This document shows positions 12,831-25,500 of a DNA stretch of 64,000 bases, piece after piece. The position numbers and the translations under genes were made by a program. Source of the DNA: Pavona decussata (Eukaryota); NCBI GenBank assembly GCA_977016875.1, contig CDRNST010000382.1, positions 1,798,001 to 1,862,000 on the forward strand. Reading direction: 5' to 3'. Within the stretch, counting starts at the first letter, position 1. Each line of letters opens with the position of its first letter. The notes under the pieces were generated by a model. The model was not told the origin of the DNA, made no database searches, and saw nothing but the letters and a program-made list of their open reading frames with translations.

Positions 12831-13625
12831 TGAAAGTCTTGAAGCATTCTTGACTAGACTTATTAAATTTGTCTCAGTACTTTGATAATTTTCGAGAAGC
12901 AGGGTTTGATGACCTGGAGACAGCAGTCACACTATTGGAGGACGAACTAGAGCACACACAAGCAAGAGCTGCCTTTAAACTTTGAGAAGCTTCGCCAACC
13001 AACTACTTCTTCTCAGTCTTCTCACTCAAGTCATCCTCAGCTGGGAAAGCCAAGGATTTCACTGCAGGCAAAACTTACATTTCAAAGCGGTAGATTAACT
13101 GCAGAGTTCCCCAAAGAACCATCAGACCCAGAAGTACCCTGGAAGAGATTCATGATTCCCCAACCAAGATTTCCCACGCAGTATTTTTATCACAGTATTC
13201 TTCCACAAGTGTATGAGTCAGCCCAGCCACATCTACTGGCCCAGTTCAAAAGCTACTGGATTGAAGAAAGGAGAGACAGATGGAAGAGGAAACGGCTGCC
13301 GAATAGTTTGACAGTTTCAGTGACAAGAATAACCGACCTGTTGGAGAAAAATTTTATTACTTGAAGGAGAAGGTCATTCCAAAGCGGCACTTTTTCCCCT
13401 TTTGTCAATAGAAAGATAATGTAAACATTAGGTACCCACCAAAGTTTCAGCTTCCAAAGAGCTTTCTATCCTTATGAAATCTTTGCTAAGAGTAGCCCAA
13501 AAATCGTGCACGAGCGCCGCCATCTTGGAATATACTTAGCAGCCTGGCGATGCTTGTGTGACGTCATTGAGTTTAACATGAAGTTTCGCGGGAAGCTTGA
13601 ACACTCGACTTGTAATTTTGCAGTC

Positions 13626-16600
13626 ATGCCTTTTTGTTCAGCACCGTACTGTTCAAATAGGTCTCAAAGAGACGGCAAAAAAGGTATTTCGTTCCATCGT
13701 TTACCAGTAAAAAGAAAACACTTGGCAAAGCAATGGCTAATCAAGCTTGGCCAGGACAAAAAGTTCTTGCCAAAAGTAGAACACTTGTATGTTTATTCCG
13801 ATCACTTCACTGAGGATTGTTTTGAAGTGGACCACCGACATAATCTCCTCGGTGGTAAAACTCGCAAAAAGGAAGAAAAAACCAGACGCAGTTCCAACCA
13901 TTTTCAAGAAGTCTAGTTCCATTAAAAAGCAAGCTGCGAGCGAACGGAGACTAGCAAGTAAACGGAGAAAAGAGGTAAGTTATATTTCTTTCTTCAAATA
14001 AGCTTTATGTTCAAAATTGTTCTCTTCTTGTTTTATAAACGGCTAACATGAGGGCACGTTTTCCTTAATTGATTTCTTAAGCCAGCCACAGCTTATCAGA
14101 ACCTGAAAAATAGTCCAGATGAACATTTTCTAGCCGCTTTGAATTTTACCGTTATTTGCTCACAAAGCACAGCATTCGAGAAGAGCTTGTCTCATAGGTG
14201 CCGCATTGTTTTTGTTGTTGTTTAAAGGCGACAGAAAGCCAAAATTTGCCAAGGTTTAGTAGACTACGTGTTACTCTTTCGCTTTCTTGATCATACATCG
14301 CTGGTTAACTGTTTATTTCAGGCAGTTGAGTCCATAATCGAGAAGTCGAGGGCAGAGGAAATGACTGAAGTGCCTGCAAGACCATATGAAGATAGCTGGG
14401 CTATAGTAGAACTACTTGAGGCTGGTCCTGATAGCCATTTTTTCGTGAATGTCGACCAAACAGGCATGATTGGCAACAACTGTGGAATCAAGGTTGATCC
14501 CGCAGCTGTTAAACATTGTGTTGATGTAGGGACAGAAACGGAACCTATCCTTGAGTCAATCATGAAGCATTTTGTTGATGTCAGGACACAAACGGACCCA
14601 CCCAGAGAACTCATCATGGTCTCTGAAAACCCAGTGGTTCAAACCATTATGACACCCGAGGAAAAGCGTAAGAAAGTTGCAATGGACCACACATATGGCA
14701 AAACAAAGCTGGATTGTGCCCCTGAGAATGTTTTAACAAAGCCTGACCCTGAAATTAGTCCACTTGATGATGACCCGGAGATGCCTGATCTGTCTGACGA
14801 GGAATGGTACGATGACATAGGTGACACAGGGTCAATCTGCAGCTCAAACGCCTCAGACGAAGAATGGCTTCCTGATTCTGAAGGGGAGGATTCCGACGAT
14901 GAAAACAAAGAATATTCTGAGGATCCAAGTAGCAATTGGCTTGAAGACAACGAGCAATCGAGCAACGAGAGAAGGTCAATTGTGTTTGACAGCTGTTTGA
15001 AACAGTTGTTTCAGATTTGCAGAAATTGTGGTGATGTTCTGAAAAAAGCTTATCTAAAGGAGAGAGGAAGCCTAATTTGTGTTACTACCGTGTGCATAGC
15101 TGGTCACACCGAGCTTTGGTTTTCTCAACCGTTTACGAAGGGAACGGCAACGGGAAACCTTATTTGCGCTGGCGGAATTCTTTTCACAGGAAATCACTTT
15201 TCGAGAGCAAGTGCGCTTATGAGTGCGTGTAACATCAGGTTCTTTAAGAAAGGAAGAAGTATCTTTGGCCAGTGGTCAACAATGGTTACCTTACCCAGCA
15301 GAACGAAATTCTGCCGTCATTTAGGGGACACCCTCTTGCGCTTGCCAGGGACAGACTATGTAACAGTCCAGAGCACAACGCAAAGTATGGAACTTACAGC
15401 TTGATAGAGGTGACTACCGAAAAGATTGTCGATTTTTTCCTTGTGCAAGTATCAGAAGTTGCCAACTCTAATTGCATGGAGACGGAGGGACTGAAGAGGT
15501 GCCTTGACAAGTTAGAACCGGATGGGCAACTCATTGACATGTTAGCTACAGACAGGTAATAAACGTTTACCGGGTACAGGTACCTTATCCAGGTAAAAGG
15601 ACTCTGCAATAATTAGTAGGAGGGAGGGGGATGTTTGAGAAATGCGAACGAGATGGTGAAAAGCATGGCTTTACCCCCTTAACCCAGACAAAAAATTTAA
15701 ATACCAACCGCCCCGCATACCAAAACTAGATGAGACTACACACAAACCCGCGTCTCGTGGTCTTACAATTCCTCACTTCATATTGAGACAACTACCTTGT
15801 TTACTTACAATGCCTCGTACTGTTCCAACAATTAATTTGCATGACATTTTCATTGGGTTTGAACAATACTTCAAAGCCACTCTCCATTTCCACCAATTAT
15901 GCATGTCTCAGAATCTGTTCAGCTAGCTCTTGCTTACTTCCGCCGACGTTTAGACCCTGTTGTTTTAAATACAGTCTAAGCTGCTTACTTGTCACGGCTT
16001 GAGTACCTTTAGATCTGTCCAGCAAATATCTCGTCAATATTGCAATGTGAGTTTTACCCCATGTATCGTTTGACACTAGTAGAAGACAACTTCCCTTGTA
16101 CAAACAATTGAAGATTGTGTTAATTTGTTTTATTCATATTTAGAAGTACAGGCTTACCAGTTAAAATCGCCGCGTCTGAGAAAATGGTTTCCCTCCGAAC
16201 CCATGCGTCGTGTCTCCTCGTTGGCCGCTTTTTTAGACGATTTCGACTATTTCGGAGAGAAGTGATAACCTGCTAATTTGGGTAACAAATCGCCATTTGA
16301 GATTAAGTAGAGATTACATAAGAGGACATTCGTACTGGCTCGTAAACTCTTGTACATTGCGTTCGATTACACAGTACACAGTGATAAGTACGCAAATTTA
16401 ATTGACATCGGTATTTCGGTGAATGAACATTCCTTTTTTATTTAATATGAAGGCACGTCCAAGTTGCTGCTATGACGAGAAATGACAAGACCAACATCAA
16501 ACACAGATTCAACCCATGGCATTTGGCAAAGTCCGTCCGCAAAGATCTTGTTGCGGCTTCTAAGAAAAAAGAGTGCTCGGACCTTGTGCCGTGGATAGCA

Positions 16601-17271
16601 TCTGTTGTTAATCACCTTTCGTGGTGCGCAGCTTCGTCGGACAGGGATCAGCTACTTTGTCAGGAGAAATGGAAGTCAGTTGTGTATCACGTGGCCGGCA
16701 TTCATGAATGGCCGGAATTTCTGTCGTTCTCTGCGTGCAAGCACGAAGAACTGACAAGCGAGCAGAGGAGAAACAAGGTAAGGCTTCCAATTGGATCTCC
16801 TGCCCACAGTGCCTTGAAGGAAGTGGTATGGAAAGCAAAACTCCTCAAGGATGTCTGTCTCCTAGCGGATTTTATTCAAACCGGATGTTTGGAAGTATTC
16901 CATGGCTCCATGGCTAAGAAGTATGTACAGAAGAATCAACACTATTCTTACAATGGCATGAAGAGCAGAACGCAGCTTGGTATAATTGATCACAACTGCA
17001 ATGTAGGTAGAAAAGTGGCAACCACCATGTCAGGAGAACAGCGCTACAATTGCGTCTATCCACAGCTACAGAAGCATTGGGTTGCCAACCCGTATACGAA
17101 GAAAAGTCGTTCCAGTTTGTCCACGATCTTCTGCACGACACAATTTCATTGAAGCTGGGTGTCATTAATGTTCCCCAACTGGAAAGGCCAGCCCTACCGC
17201 AAAACATTGCACCAACTCCTCGTGGTAGCAAAGAAGACTTAATTGCAAGGCAGGTGTCAAGGTTCCATTAA
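13626..17271 (+). pseudogene. Kolobok THAP-DDE transposase; exons 13626-13974, 14322-15555 and 16453-17271; frameshifted
   Basis: THAP (MPFCSAPYCSNR..FHRLP..VYSDHF). Kolobok motifs LARDRLCNSPEHNAKYGTYS, SNCMETEG, ATDR|H (restored across a phase-2 intron), FNPWHLAKS, TGCLEVFHG, GIIDHNCNVGR. Frameshifts near 13870, 15250 and 17087. Confidence 0.9.
15897..16010 (-). pseudogene. SAP-domain fragment inside transposase intron 2
   Basis: VTSKQLRLYLKQQGLNVGGSKQELAEQI fits the SAP consensus L..L...GL...G.K.EL..RI. Confidence 0.5.
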
Positions 17272-17601
17272 GATACGCCTGAATGCTTTCAACTTACCAT
17301 AAATGTTCGAATTACCGGTTTTGCATAGGAGAAGGGACAGGTGACCTATTTACATAATGAAAACCTACAATGGCAGTTCTTAGAACTGCTCTGTCAAGGC
17401 AAACAACAGAGAACTCATTGTGCTCTGTAATGCAACGTATCCCTGTTTACACAAGAAAAAGAAAAATATTAAGATTTGGGCCAATTAATATCTAGACAAT
17501 CACTGGAACACTTTTGAATGGTCTCGGTCCTGGGGGAGAGCCAAGATGGACGGCAGCGTTTTTGAGTAGTCCGTCCTGTGTAGCTCTCCGCTTCGTAATA
17601 A

Positions 17602-18495
17602 ATGGCTGAAAAGGTAAGCGAATGCGACGAAAGTCCGCCCATCACTGGAGGGAAGAGAGTTGAAAGGCCTAGTAGCAGCAGCTCGCCCGAAATTCCTCCA
17701 AATAAGACTGCAAAGACTACAGAGCACATGGTCGAGCATGTCAATCTGTCGAGTATCTGGATCGCACTGAACAAAATACAACAGAACACTGACGAGCTTC
17801 TTAAAGAGAACAGAGCTTTGCGCAAGCAACACGAAGAACTGCAGAAGTCGCTAGAGTTCCACATTGACAAACTGGAAAAATTAGAGGCGGAGAATAACAA
17901 GCTGAAACAAGATGTGAGCTCGCTCAAGAAAGAAGTTCGCAAAGCAGAAGATGAAGTTGCCGACTTAAACGACGATCTAGATGGTCTAAAAAGCGATCTG
18001 GACACCGCTATATGCCAAATAGACGATTTTGAACAATACACTAGAAAACATAATCTCGAAATTCACGGCATTCCTGAGTCTTCAGAAGAAAATCTGTCTG
18101 ACAAGATCATCAAGCTTGGAAAGGTTCTCAATGTACATATTGTCAACAACGACATCGACATCTGTCATAGAATGGCTACGAGAAGATCTAACGGCGGTAC
18201 AAGACCAATCATTGTACGATTCAGATCATACAGAGCCAAAAATGAACTCTATAAATCCAAGAAGCACCTGAAGTCAGTAAGTTTAAACAACTATTTTCAT
18301 AATGCAGGAGCTGTTTATATTAATGAGAACTTAACTAACTATAGGCGTGAACTGTTCGCTAAAGTAAGAAAAGCTAAAAAGATCAACAACTGGCATAGCG
18401 CCTGGACCATTGACGGCAAAATTTTCGTCAGGAAGTCCCAAAGCGATCAAGTACATAGAGTATATGAAGTCGAAGATTTGGACAATATTCGTTAG
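17602..18495 (+). CDS. LINE ORF1 (coiled coil plus RRM/CTD-like region)
   Basis: Intact 297 aa; heptad region, EQYTRKHNLEIHGIPE, IDICHR, RPIIVRF, VYINENLT. Confidence 0.9.
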   Translation: MAEKVSECDESPPITGGKRVERPSSSSSPEIPPNKTAKTTEHMVEHVNLSSIWIALNKIQQNTDELLKENRALRKQHEELQKSLEFHIDKLEKLEAENNKLKQDVSSLKKEVRKAEDEVADLNDDLDGLKSDLDTAICQIDDFEQYTRKHNLEIHGIPESSEENLSDKIIKLGKVLNVHIVNNDIDICHRMATRRSNGGTRPIIVRFRSYRAKNELYKSKKHLKSVSLNNYFHNAGAVYINENLTNYRRELFAKVRKAKKINNWHSAWTIDGKIFVRKSQSDQVHRVYEVEDLDNIR

Positions 18496-18923
18496 GTTAT
18501 AATCAAATATTTTTCTTTCCCACCCTCTCCCACATGTAACATAACATTATTCAAACGTTCCCTTTCAAAACCCTCGCTTCCCTTTCGCTTCATCAATTAA
18601 TTATTTAAATTTTGGCGGAGAGTTTTGTAGAAGGGTTTTGTCTCTTTTCAACATGCCTTTAAAAAATGGCACTTATTCCCTTCTAGACAATAAGCTGCTT
18701 CGCAGTTTAATTAGTGTTTCTATTATGTTAAGTGTTAGTTGCCATAGTACACTTGTTGTACTCATCGTGATTTGTACCCGCCTTACTCAACGTATTGTAA
18801 ATTGTTGTCAGCGCATACACCATCTGCACAAAACATTTCCATCGCAAGGCTAAACGCTATCGAACGTTGCAAGCTGTGGTTCATGAATTGCGTTAGAAAG
18901 AAATTCATAAATCTAGTGTGTAT

Positions 18924-21900
18924 ATGACCTTAAATGCAGTTTCTCTTAATGCAAGAGGCCTCAACAAATCTATCAAAAGAAGAAAACTTTTCCGGTGGCT
19001 TCATATTAGAAAATTTGATGTAATTTTTCTGCAAGAGACGTACAGCGATGCTAGCTTGGAAAATTTTTGGCGAGCAGAATGGGGAGGTGACATTTTCTTT
19101 GCGCACGGCTCAAAACACAGTAGAGGTGTTATGATTCTTTTCAGTCCCTCGCTCAGCAAAGAGGTGACGAATGTTACTGCAGATAAAAACGGCAGATTTA
19201 TTATTGTAAACACCACCGTCAACGAAGACGAATTGTGCCTCGTTAATATTTATGCCCCAAATGACCAAAACCAGCAAATTTCATTTTTTCAGAAGATAAC
19301 CGATTCTATTCGTGGCCAGCAAACTGACAAAATTCTTATTGGTGGAGATTTTAACTGCCCACTGTCCGCTCCCGATAAATTTGGAGGTGAAGACATTCAA
19401 TTCAAAAAAAGTGTAATACATTCGATCGACGAACTCCGTTGCAACTATGACCTAGTTGATCCCTGGCGAGAACGACATCCACATGATACACAGTTTACGT
19501 GGAGAAATAGCTCCGGGAAAATCAAATGTAGACTGGATTTCTGGCTCATCTCGAAGCATTTATTATGCCGCGTTTCGAAAACCGACATTTTCGCCTATCA
19601 TGATTCAGATCACTCCCCTGTCACCATCTCGATCAAGCCTGAAGACAAACAAGAAGAAAGAGGCCCAGGCTACTGGAAATTTAATAATTCACTCTTAGAA
19701 AATGAAGATTTCCTCACAAAAATAAGCTTCATCATCAAACACGCCACCCAAAAACACAAGGATGTTGCTGATAAAAGGTTATTTTGGAAAATGTTGAAAA
19801 TGGAGATCCGGATATTTGCAATTCGTTTTGCGAAAAAGAAAGCCAACGCTGAAAGAAGCACGGAATTGAACCTCCTCCAAAAGCTAGCGAAAATCAGCTC
19901 ACGTATCGACGAAACCCCAGAAAATAGCTCCCTTGTAAACAAGGCTAGAAAACTCAAGATCGAATTAGATGAAATTGCCGTGCAAAAAACTAAAGGGTCT
20001 ATTATCCGGAGTAGGGCTAGATGGTATGAATTAGGAGAAAAATGCAACAAATACTTTTTTAACTTAGAAAAAAGAAGTTATGTAAAGAAACATATAACAA
20101 AGCTGAGGACACCTGACGGTAGCACTGTAGAGGATCCAAAAACTATATTAACCGCCATGAAAAATTTTTACAATCAGCTTTACACCTCTCAAAACCAGCT
20201 TTCAGCTGAACGCTTTTCTACCTTTTTCGATTGTGAATCCTTACCAAAACTCGACAGCACAAAGCAAGACCTTTGCGAAGGTCTGATAACCGCAGAGGAA
20301 TGCCTTGCCGCGTTGAAAACGTTTCAACCTAACAAGACTCCTGGCACAGATGGGTTAACAGCAGAATTTTACCTTCGTTTCTGGCCCGATGTTTCTGGTC
20401 CTTTGATAGACTGCTTCAATCACAGTGCCTCACTAGGAGAACTTTCTATCTCTCAGAGTCAAGGAATCATCTCCCTGATCCCAAAAAAGAATAAAGATCC
20501 TCTTCTGTTAAAAAATTGGCGCCCTATTTCTCTTCTAAACACAGACTACAAATTAGCAACCAAATGTATTGCGAAACGTTTAGAGAAAGTACTTCCGTAC
20601 TTGATAAACGGTGATCAAACTGGGTACATCAAAGGTAGATTTATTGGTGAAAATATTCGCTTAATTTCGGATATAATTGAACAATATGAAAACAAGGACG
20701 GAATGATACTTTTCCTTGACTTTGAAAAGGCCTTTGATTCTTTAGAATGGGACTTTCTCTTTAAAGTGCTTAACACTATGAATTTCGGTCCAAGTTTCCT
20801 CTGGATCAAAACGTTTTACACCAACATTTCTAACTGTGTTGTAAATAATGGCTACTCGTCGGAATTTTTTTCTCTCCAAAGGGGTGTTAGACAGGGTTGT
20901 CCTCTTTCAGGTTTACTCTTTGTTCTAGCTGTGGAGCCACTCGCCCACCAAATAAGAATCGATGAATCAATCAAAGGACTTGAAAACGGAAATAAGATCA
21001 CTAAACTCAGTATGTACGCTGACGACACCACCGCTTTCATTCGCGACGATTCATCCGCGGTGTCCCTCCTAACTCTTCCCGATCAGTTCGGTGACCTTTC
21101 CGGCTTGAAAATCAATAAGTCTAAAACCGAGGGTCTTTGGCTTGGTCCTTTGAAAAGCCGACTAGGCAAAGAAGAACCTTTTGGCATTTCATGGCCGAAG
21201 CAATACGTCATTGCGCTTGGAATCGCTTTCCCTTATCATGTTCAGGTTGGGAATAAAATCAATTTCGACGAGAGGCTTGCCAAACTCAAAAAAGTTCTAA
21301 ATACTTGGTCAAGTAGACATTTAACGATCTTAGGCAGAATTGCCATCGTCAAAAACTTAGCTCTCGCCAAACTTGTTTATAGTTGTTCCATATTAAATGT
21401 TCCCAAAGAATTTGTAAAAGAAGTCAACAGCAATATCTTCTCTTTTATTTGGAAATTTAAGCCAGATAAAGTCAAAAGAAAAACTCTGACCGGCCCAATA
21501 AGCCACGGCGGTCTTAATATGCTCAATTTTGCTGACGTTGTTAAATCGCTCAAGACTTCGTGGGTTAATCGTTACTGTCTAGCAAATGACCGCCATTGGT
21601 GTGCCCTCCTTGATTCGCTTTTAGGTAAGGTCGGTGGAACTCTCTTATTTCAATGTAACTACGATCTTAAATTACTCGACTTCAAAAATCTCTGTTTTTT
21701 ATAAAGACGTTTTAGCTGTATGGCAAGAGCTCAATTTCAAAGATCCACGTAACGCAAATGAATACAAACAAGAAATCATTTGGAACAATCGGTTTATAAA
21801 GATAAACGGAAAATCGTTTTATTATAGATCATGGGCTAATAAAGGCATTTTGAAAATAAGCGACCTCCTAAACATCCATGGCCAGTTCCTTTCGTTCGAA

Positions 21901-22635
21901 AACTTCAAATGCAAATATAGCGTTCGCTCTACTTTTCTCGATTATGCTGGTGTTCTTGCGGCAATCCCTAAAATTTGGAAAAGCGAAATCGTAGGTAATT
22001 TCACTAAGAGCGAGAACGAACCAGTTCCATCCCTTGACATCTCCTCTACAAAAAAAGCCCGTGTGATGCTTGCAGAAAGATCCTTTTCTCCCACCATCGT
22101 TGAAATCAATCTTAGAAAACAAGGGTTGAATGTAAAGGCAGTATACGAGCTTCCTTTTAAAGTCACAGTCGAAAACAAACTGAGGAGCTTCCAATTCAAA
22201 CTAATTCATAACATCATACCCACTAATCACTCTCTTTACAAAATGAATATAAAGGCTTCTCCAGAATGTGAACGCTGCCTCTTTCCGAACGAAACGCTTA
22301 TTCACATGCTTTGCGAATGCCCCGACGTTAAAATCTTTTGGAAAGACATAATGTGGTGGAATGCTAAGCGCTCTGACAACATTAGTCCTAGGAATACTGA
22401 AATCCTGTACGGTTACAAACCTGAAACGACCACCTTCTACGCGTTAAACCATTATCTTCTTATTGCTAAATATCATGTTTTTCTTGCAAGAAACCAGTCT
22501 GAGACTCCAAATTTAAAGGTCTTTCTTGCCTTACTAGACAGCAAGATCAAATGTGAAAGGCAAATAGCCATTAGAAATTCTAATTATGAAAAATATAGAG
22601 CTAAGTGGACCACTCTCAGCAACTACGATGCGTGA
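18924..22635 (+). pseudogene. LINE ORF2 (APE endonuclease, reverse transcriptase, C-terminal Cys/His motif) with one frameshift near 21690
   Basis: SLNARGL, LQET, NIYAPN, GGDFN, RLDF, SDH; RT motifs NWRPISLLN, LDFEKAFD, GVRQGCPLS, YADD; CERC..ETLIHMLCEC in the second frame (21634..22635). Confidence 0.93.
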
Positions 22636-25031
22636 AGCACTTTAAGTATGAAAGTTGAATAAGGGGAATCTTTTATTATCTCTTGTATGTGTGGGTGGGG
22701 TGCGTGTGTGTGTATGTGTGTGTGTGTTGTGTTAGCATCGTATGTAGCATGACGTAGCACGGGTATTTATTTCATAATTAGTTAAAAAGAATACAAGCAA
22801 TGTGAGTACAATTTCTGTAAGTAGGTCAAGCAATGTAATGTAGTAATAGTAGTGTAACTCAAATAGTCATGTAACGTAGTATTGTTTGTATGTGTCGTTG
22901 CTATGAATAAAAAAAAAAAACAAACAAAAAAACACTTTTGAATGGAAGACCGCCCTGTTCATAGTTACACCCCCACTGTCATAGCACTGCTTCACAGCTA
23001 GCTGCTAGGGATTTTAAGTGTTAAGTTTTCTCAGTAAATTTGGTTTTGTATTAACGAAAGCAACAAAATAAATGAAGACGTCTAAGCATCAAGTGACAAG
23101 ACTACATTATTTCCCAAAAAAATGTAATATTCAGTGAAGATTACAAAACCAAAAAATAGAAAATAGAACAAGAAATCGTCGTATCCTGAAAAATACTGGT
23201 TAGCAAAGTACCTTCAAGCTTGTTTTCCGACTCCGGTTCTTCTACAAAACAAACGCACTCTCTTGCGGTCTCCCACACTTTGCATCTCCCGCACAAGCAC
23301 CAATTCAAGTTCAACAGTCTTTTTACTCCGTCGTTCTCCTTATCATAGCCTTTGTTTCCTTCGTCAACGTCGCCTACACGCTCGGCCTCGAAACGATACG
23401 GCTCAGCCATTTTCGTTGAACTCAATGACAACACGCAAGCATCGCCAGGCTGCTAAGTATATTCCAAGATGGCGGTGCTCGTGCACGATTTTTGGGCTAC
23501 TTTGAGCAAGGATTTCATAAGGATAGAAAGCTCTTTGGAAGTTAAAACTTCGGTGAGTACCTAAAGTTTACATTATCTTTCTTTTGACAAAAGGGAAAAA
23601 AGTGCCGTTTTGGAATGACCTTCTCCTTTGAGTAAGGTCATTGCCAGTTCCTTTCAGGCTGCAGGATGTTCCAACCTGTGTGCCTGCCAAGAAAGAAGTT
23701 GAGCAAAGAATCAAACAAGCGGAATTAATCGAGGCAAAGTTACAGCAGCAGAAAGAAAACCTGTTTGAGCCATCGTCTACAAAGCTAAAATCATGGGCCA
23801 AAGAGCAGTTTTCTTACATTCAAGAAACATTATCAGCCACTATCGGTCTCAAAAGCCAATTAGAAGCTGTCTGAGAAGACGTCCAACAAACTCAAAGAAC
23901 TTGCAAAAAGGCACAAGTTCAGCCTTCCCAGTGCAGAAAGAAGACGGAAACATAAACGTGCCCACCATAATGCTGAAAAGGCCAAGAAAAGTAAAATGAA
24001 AGCACAAAATAAAGAAGGCAAGATGTACTCAGCAAGCTCTGTTGCAGCAAAGAAGTTATGATGGAAGTTGCAGATGTAAATGATGGAGGTGATATCAATT
24101 TGAAGAAGGCATTGGAAGTTGGGGAAGCTAATTTACCTTTCCTTACCACACTTAAGCCTCGCCCCCACTACAATGCCCTCTTGTTTCTGCACAAGAATGT
24201 TTTTTTTTTCGCTCCAAGCTTGACAGTGCGCATGGAGGAACAACTTCAATCGATGGAAGACAAAATAAAAAAAAATTTTCAAAGGATATTTTACAGTCTT
24301 TATCAGAGGATAATGACTGAAATGATTCTGAGGAAAATTAATGTACTGACTTTTTCTTTCACAACTACTATAACATTTAGTTGATGTTAAAAACTAACAG
24401 GCGTTGCAAAGATGTGAGAAGCCTCATGTCTAGTAAATTTTCTCAGTACGTCGCTTCGATCCTTTTCTACTTGTAGACACATGTAAAAATTATATGTATC
24501 AACTTTACATACATTACAATGCTAAAGCTTGGACCTCCACGTTTAAATCAAGGTATCTATTCCTCAGTTTACTATCCAGTTAAATCTGACAGTCAGAAAA
24601 GTTAGCAAACATCGTTTTTTGTGAGAATTCGTCATTTGCGCTTAGCTTGTTTATAAAGTTTGGAAAGTACGGTTTGTTGTAAATATCATGTTGATAATAT
24701 TAAAAAGTTTGTTTGATATAGTTAGCTGTAGTACAAGAATATTTAACAGGATTAATACTTTGAAGTGACGAAGTGTCTTTCTTATTGCTATCATTAAAGG
24801 AATTTTTTTCAGAACCCGGTCATTCTGCTTTTTAAAATACTCATAGCCCGTTGTTTCAGGGGCGGAATTTTTCATGGCCCGGTCACTTTTTATCCAACCT
24901 TGTCATCCGCATAAATAATGAATCATCCCTTAATAAATTAAAATGAATTAATCGCTGAAATTTGAACAAAACCACAAAATCAGTCTAAAAAACTGACTAA
25001 TTCCTTTTTATTTCTTGTCATACTTTTCTAG

Positions 25032-25500
25032 TTGCAAGAACTTGGATTACAGGGAACCTATACCCATGGTCAGGGGATGTATTCTCTTTTTTAAAAGATA
25101 ATGGCAACGCCTTTCCTTCCGGAAGATGACATAGCACCTGTTTTCGAGAGGGTTCAGCAAAAAGCAACAACAGCACCGCTCCAGCAGTTTGTGCTGTACG
25201 CGAAGGACACTTGGATACAAAGCACCACCTGGCTACCCGCAGCCTACCGGGTATACTGCCAGTCCATCCGCATGAATAATGATGTGGAGGGATGGCACAA
25301 TGGGGTCAAGGTAAATGCTAGCTTCCTTTGTACATGCTCATCTCGCTGCTACGTGAAGAATCGCCAGTCTTCACATCAGATTAGTATCTGAATGCAAACT
25401 TCGCCGCATCCAAAGAAAGTCGTATTGCAAACTGCAAGTAAGAATGGTCAACCTATGGGATGAGTTTGAGGGGTTTGAAAGACAGCTGTTGAAGGCTACT
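25032..25500 (+). pseudogene. MULE/Mutator transposase C-terminal fragment
   Basis: QELGLQ...IMATPFLP...LYAKDTWI...IRMNNDVEGWHN, matching the MULE RTNN.VEGWH catalytic-Glu motif. Confidence 0.75.

Larger units (their letters stand above)
17522..22930 (+). mobile_element. Full-length L1/Tx1-group LINE
   Basis: 15-bp TSD AACACTTTTGAATGG at 17507-17521 and 22931-22945; ORF1 and ORF2; AATAAA at 22906 followed by an A-rich tail. Confidence 0.95.
17316..23410 (-). pseudogene. KolX accessory gene (P2X7 C-terminal-like Cys-rich); exons 23410-23212 and 17442-17316; LINE sits in its intron
   Basis: MAEPYRFE...WCLCGRC..ECVC..E-G|IRCITEHNEFSVVCLDRAVL, with phase-1 GT-AG sites matching. No terminal exon found. 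Confidence 0.8.
13365..23627 (+). mobile_element. Kolobok DNA transposon (about 4.8 kb plus a 5.4-kb nested LINE)
   Basis: About 200-bp TIRs (AGGAGAAGGTCATTCCAAA...GCAGCCTGGCGATGCTTG versus 23435-23627). TSD TTGA at 13361-13364 and 23628-23631. Contains convergent transposase and KolX genes. Confidence 0.92.

Noticed and set aside
17469-22199. Antisense ORFs over the LINE (for example 17469..18041 and 19670..20050)
   Set aside because: Shadow frames of ORF1 and ORF2.
23212-23410. Host P2X7 receptor gene
   Set aside because: Only the Cys-rich C-terminal-like domain is present, inside Kolobok TIRs; it is KolX.
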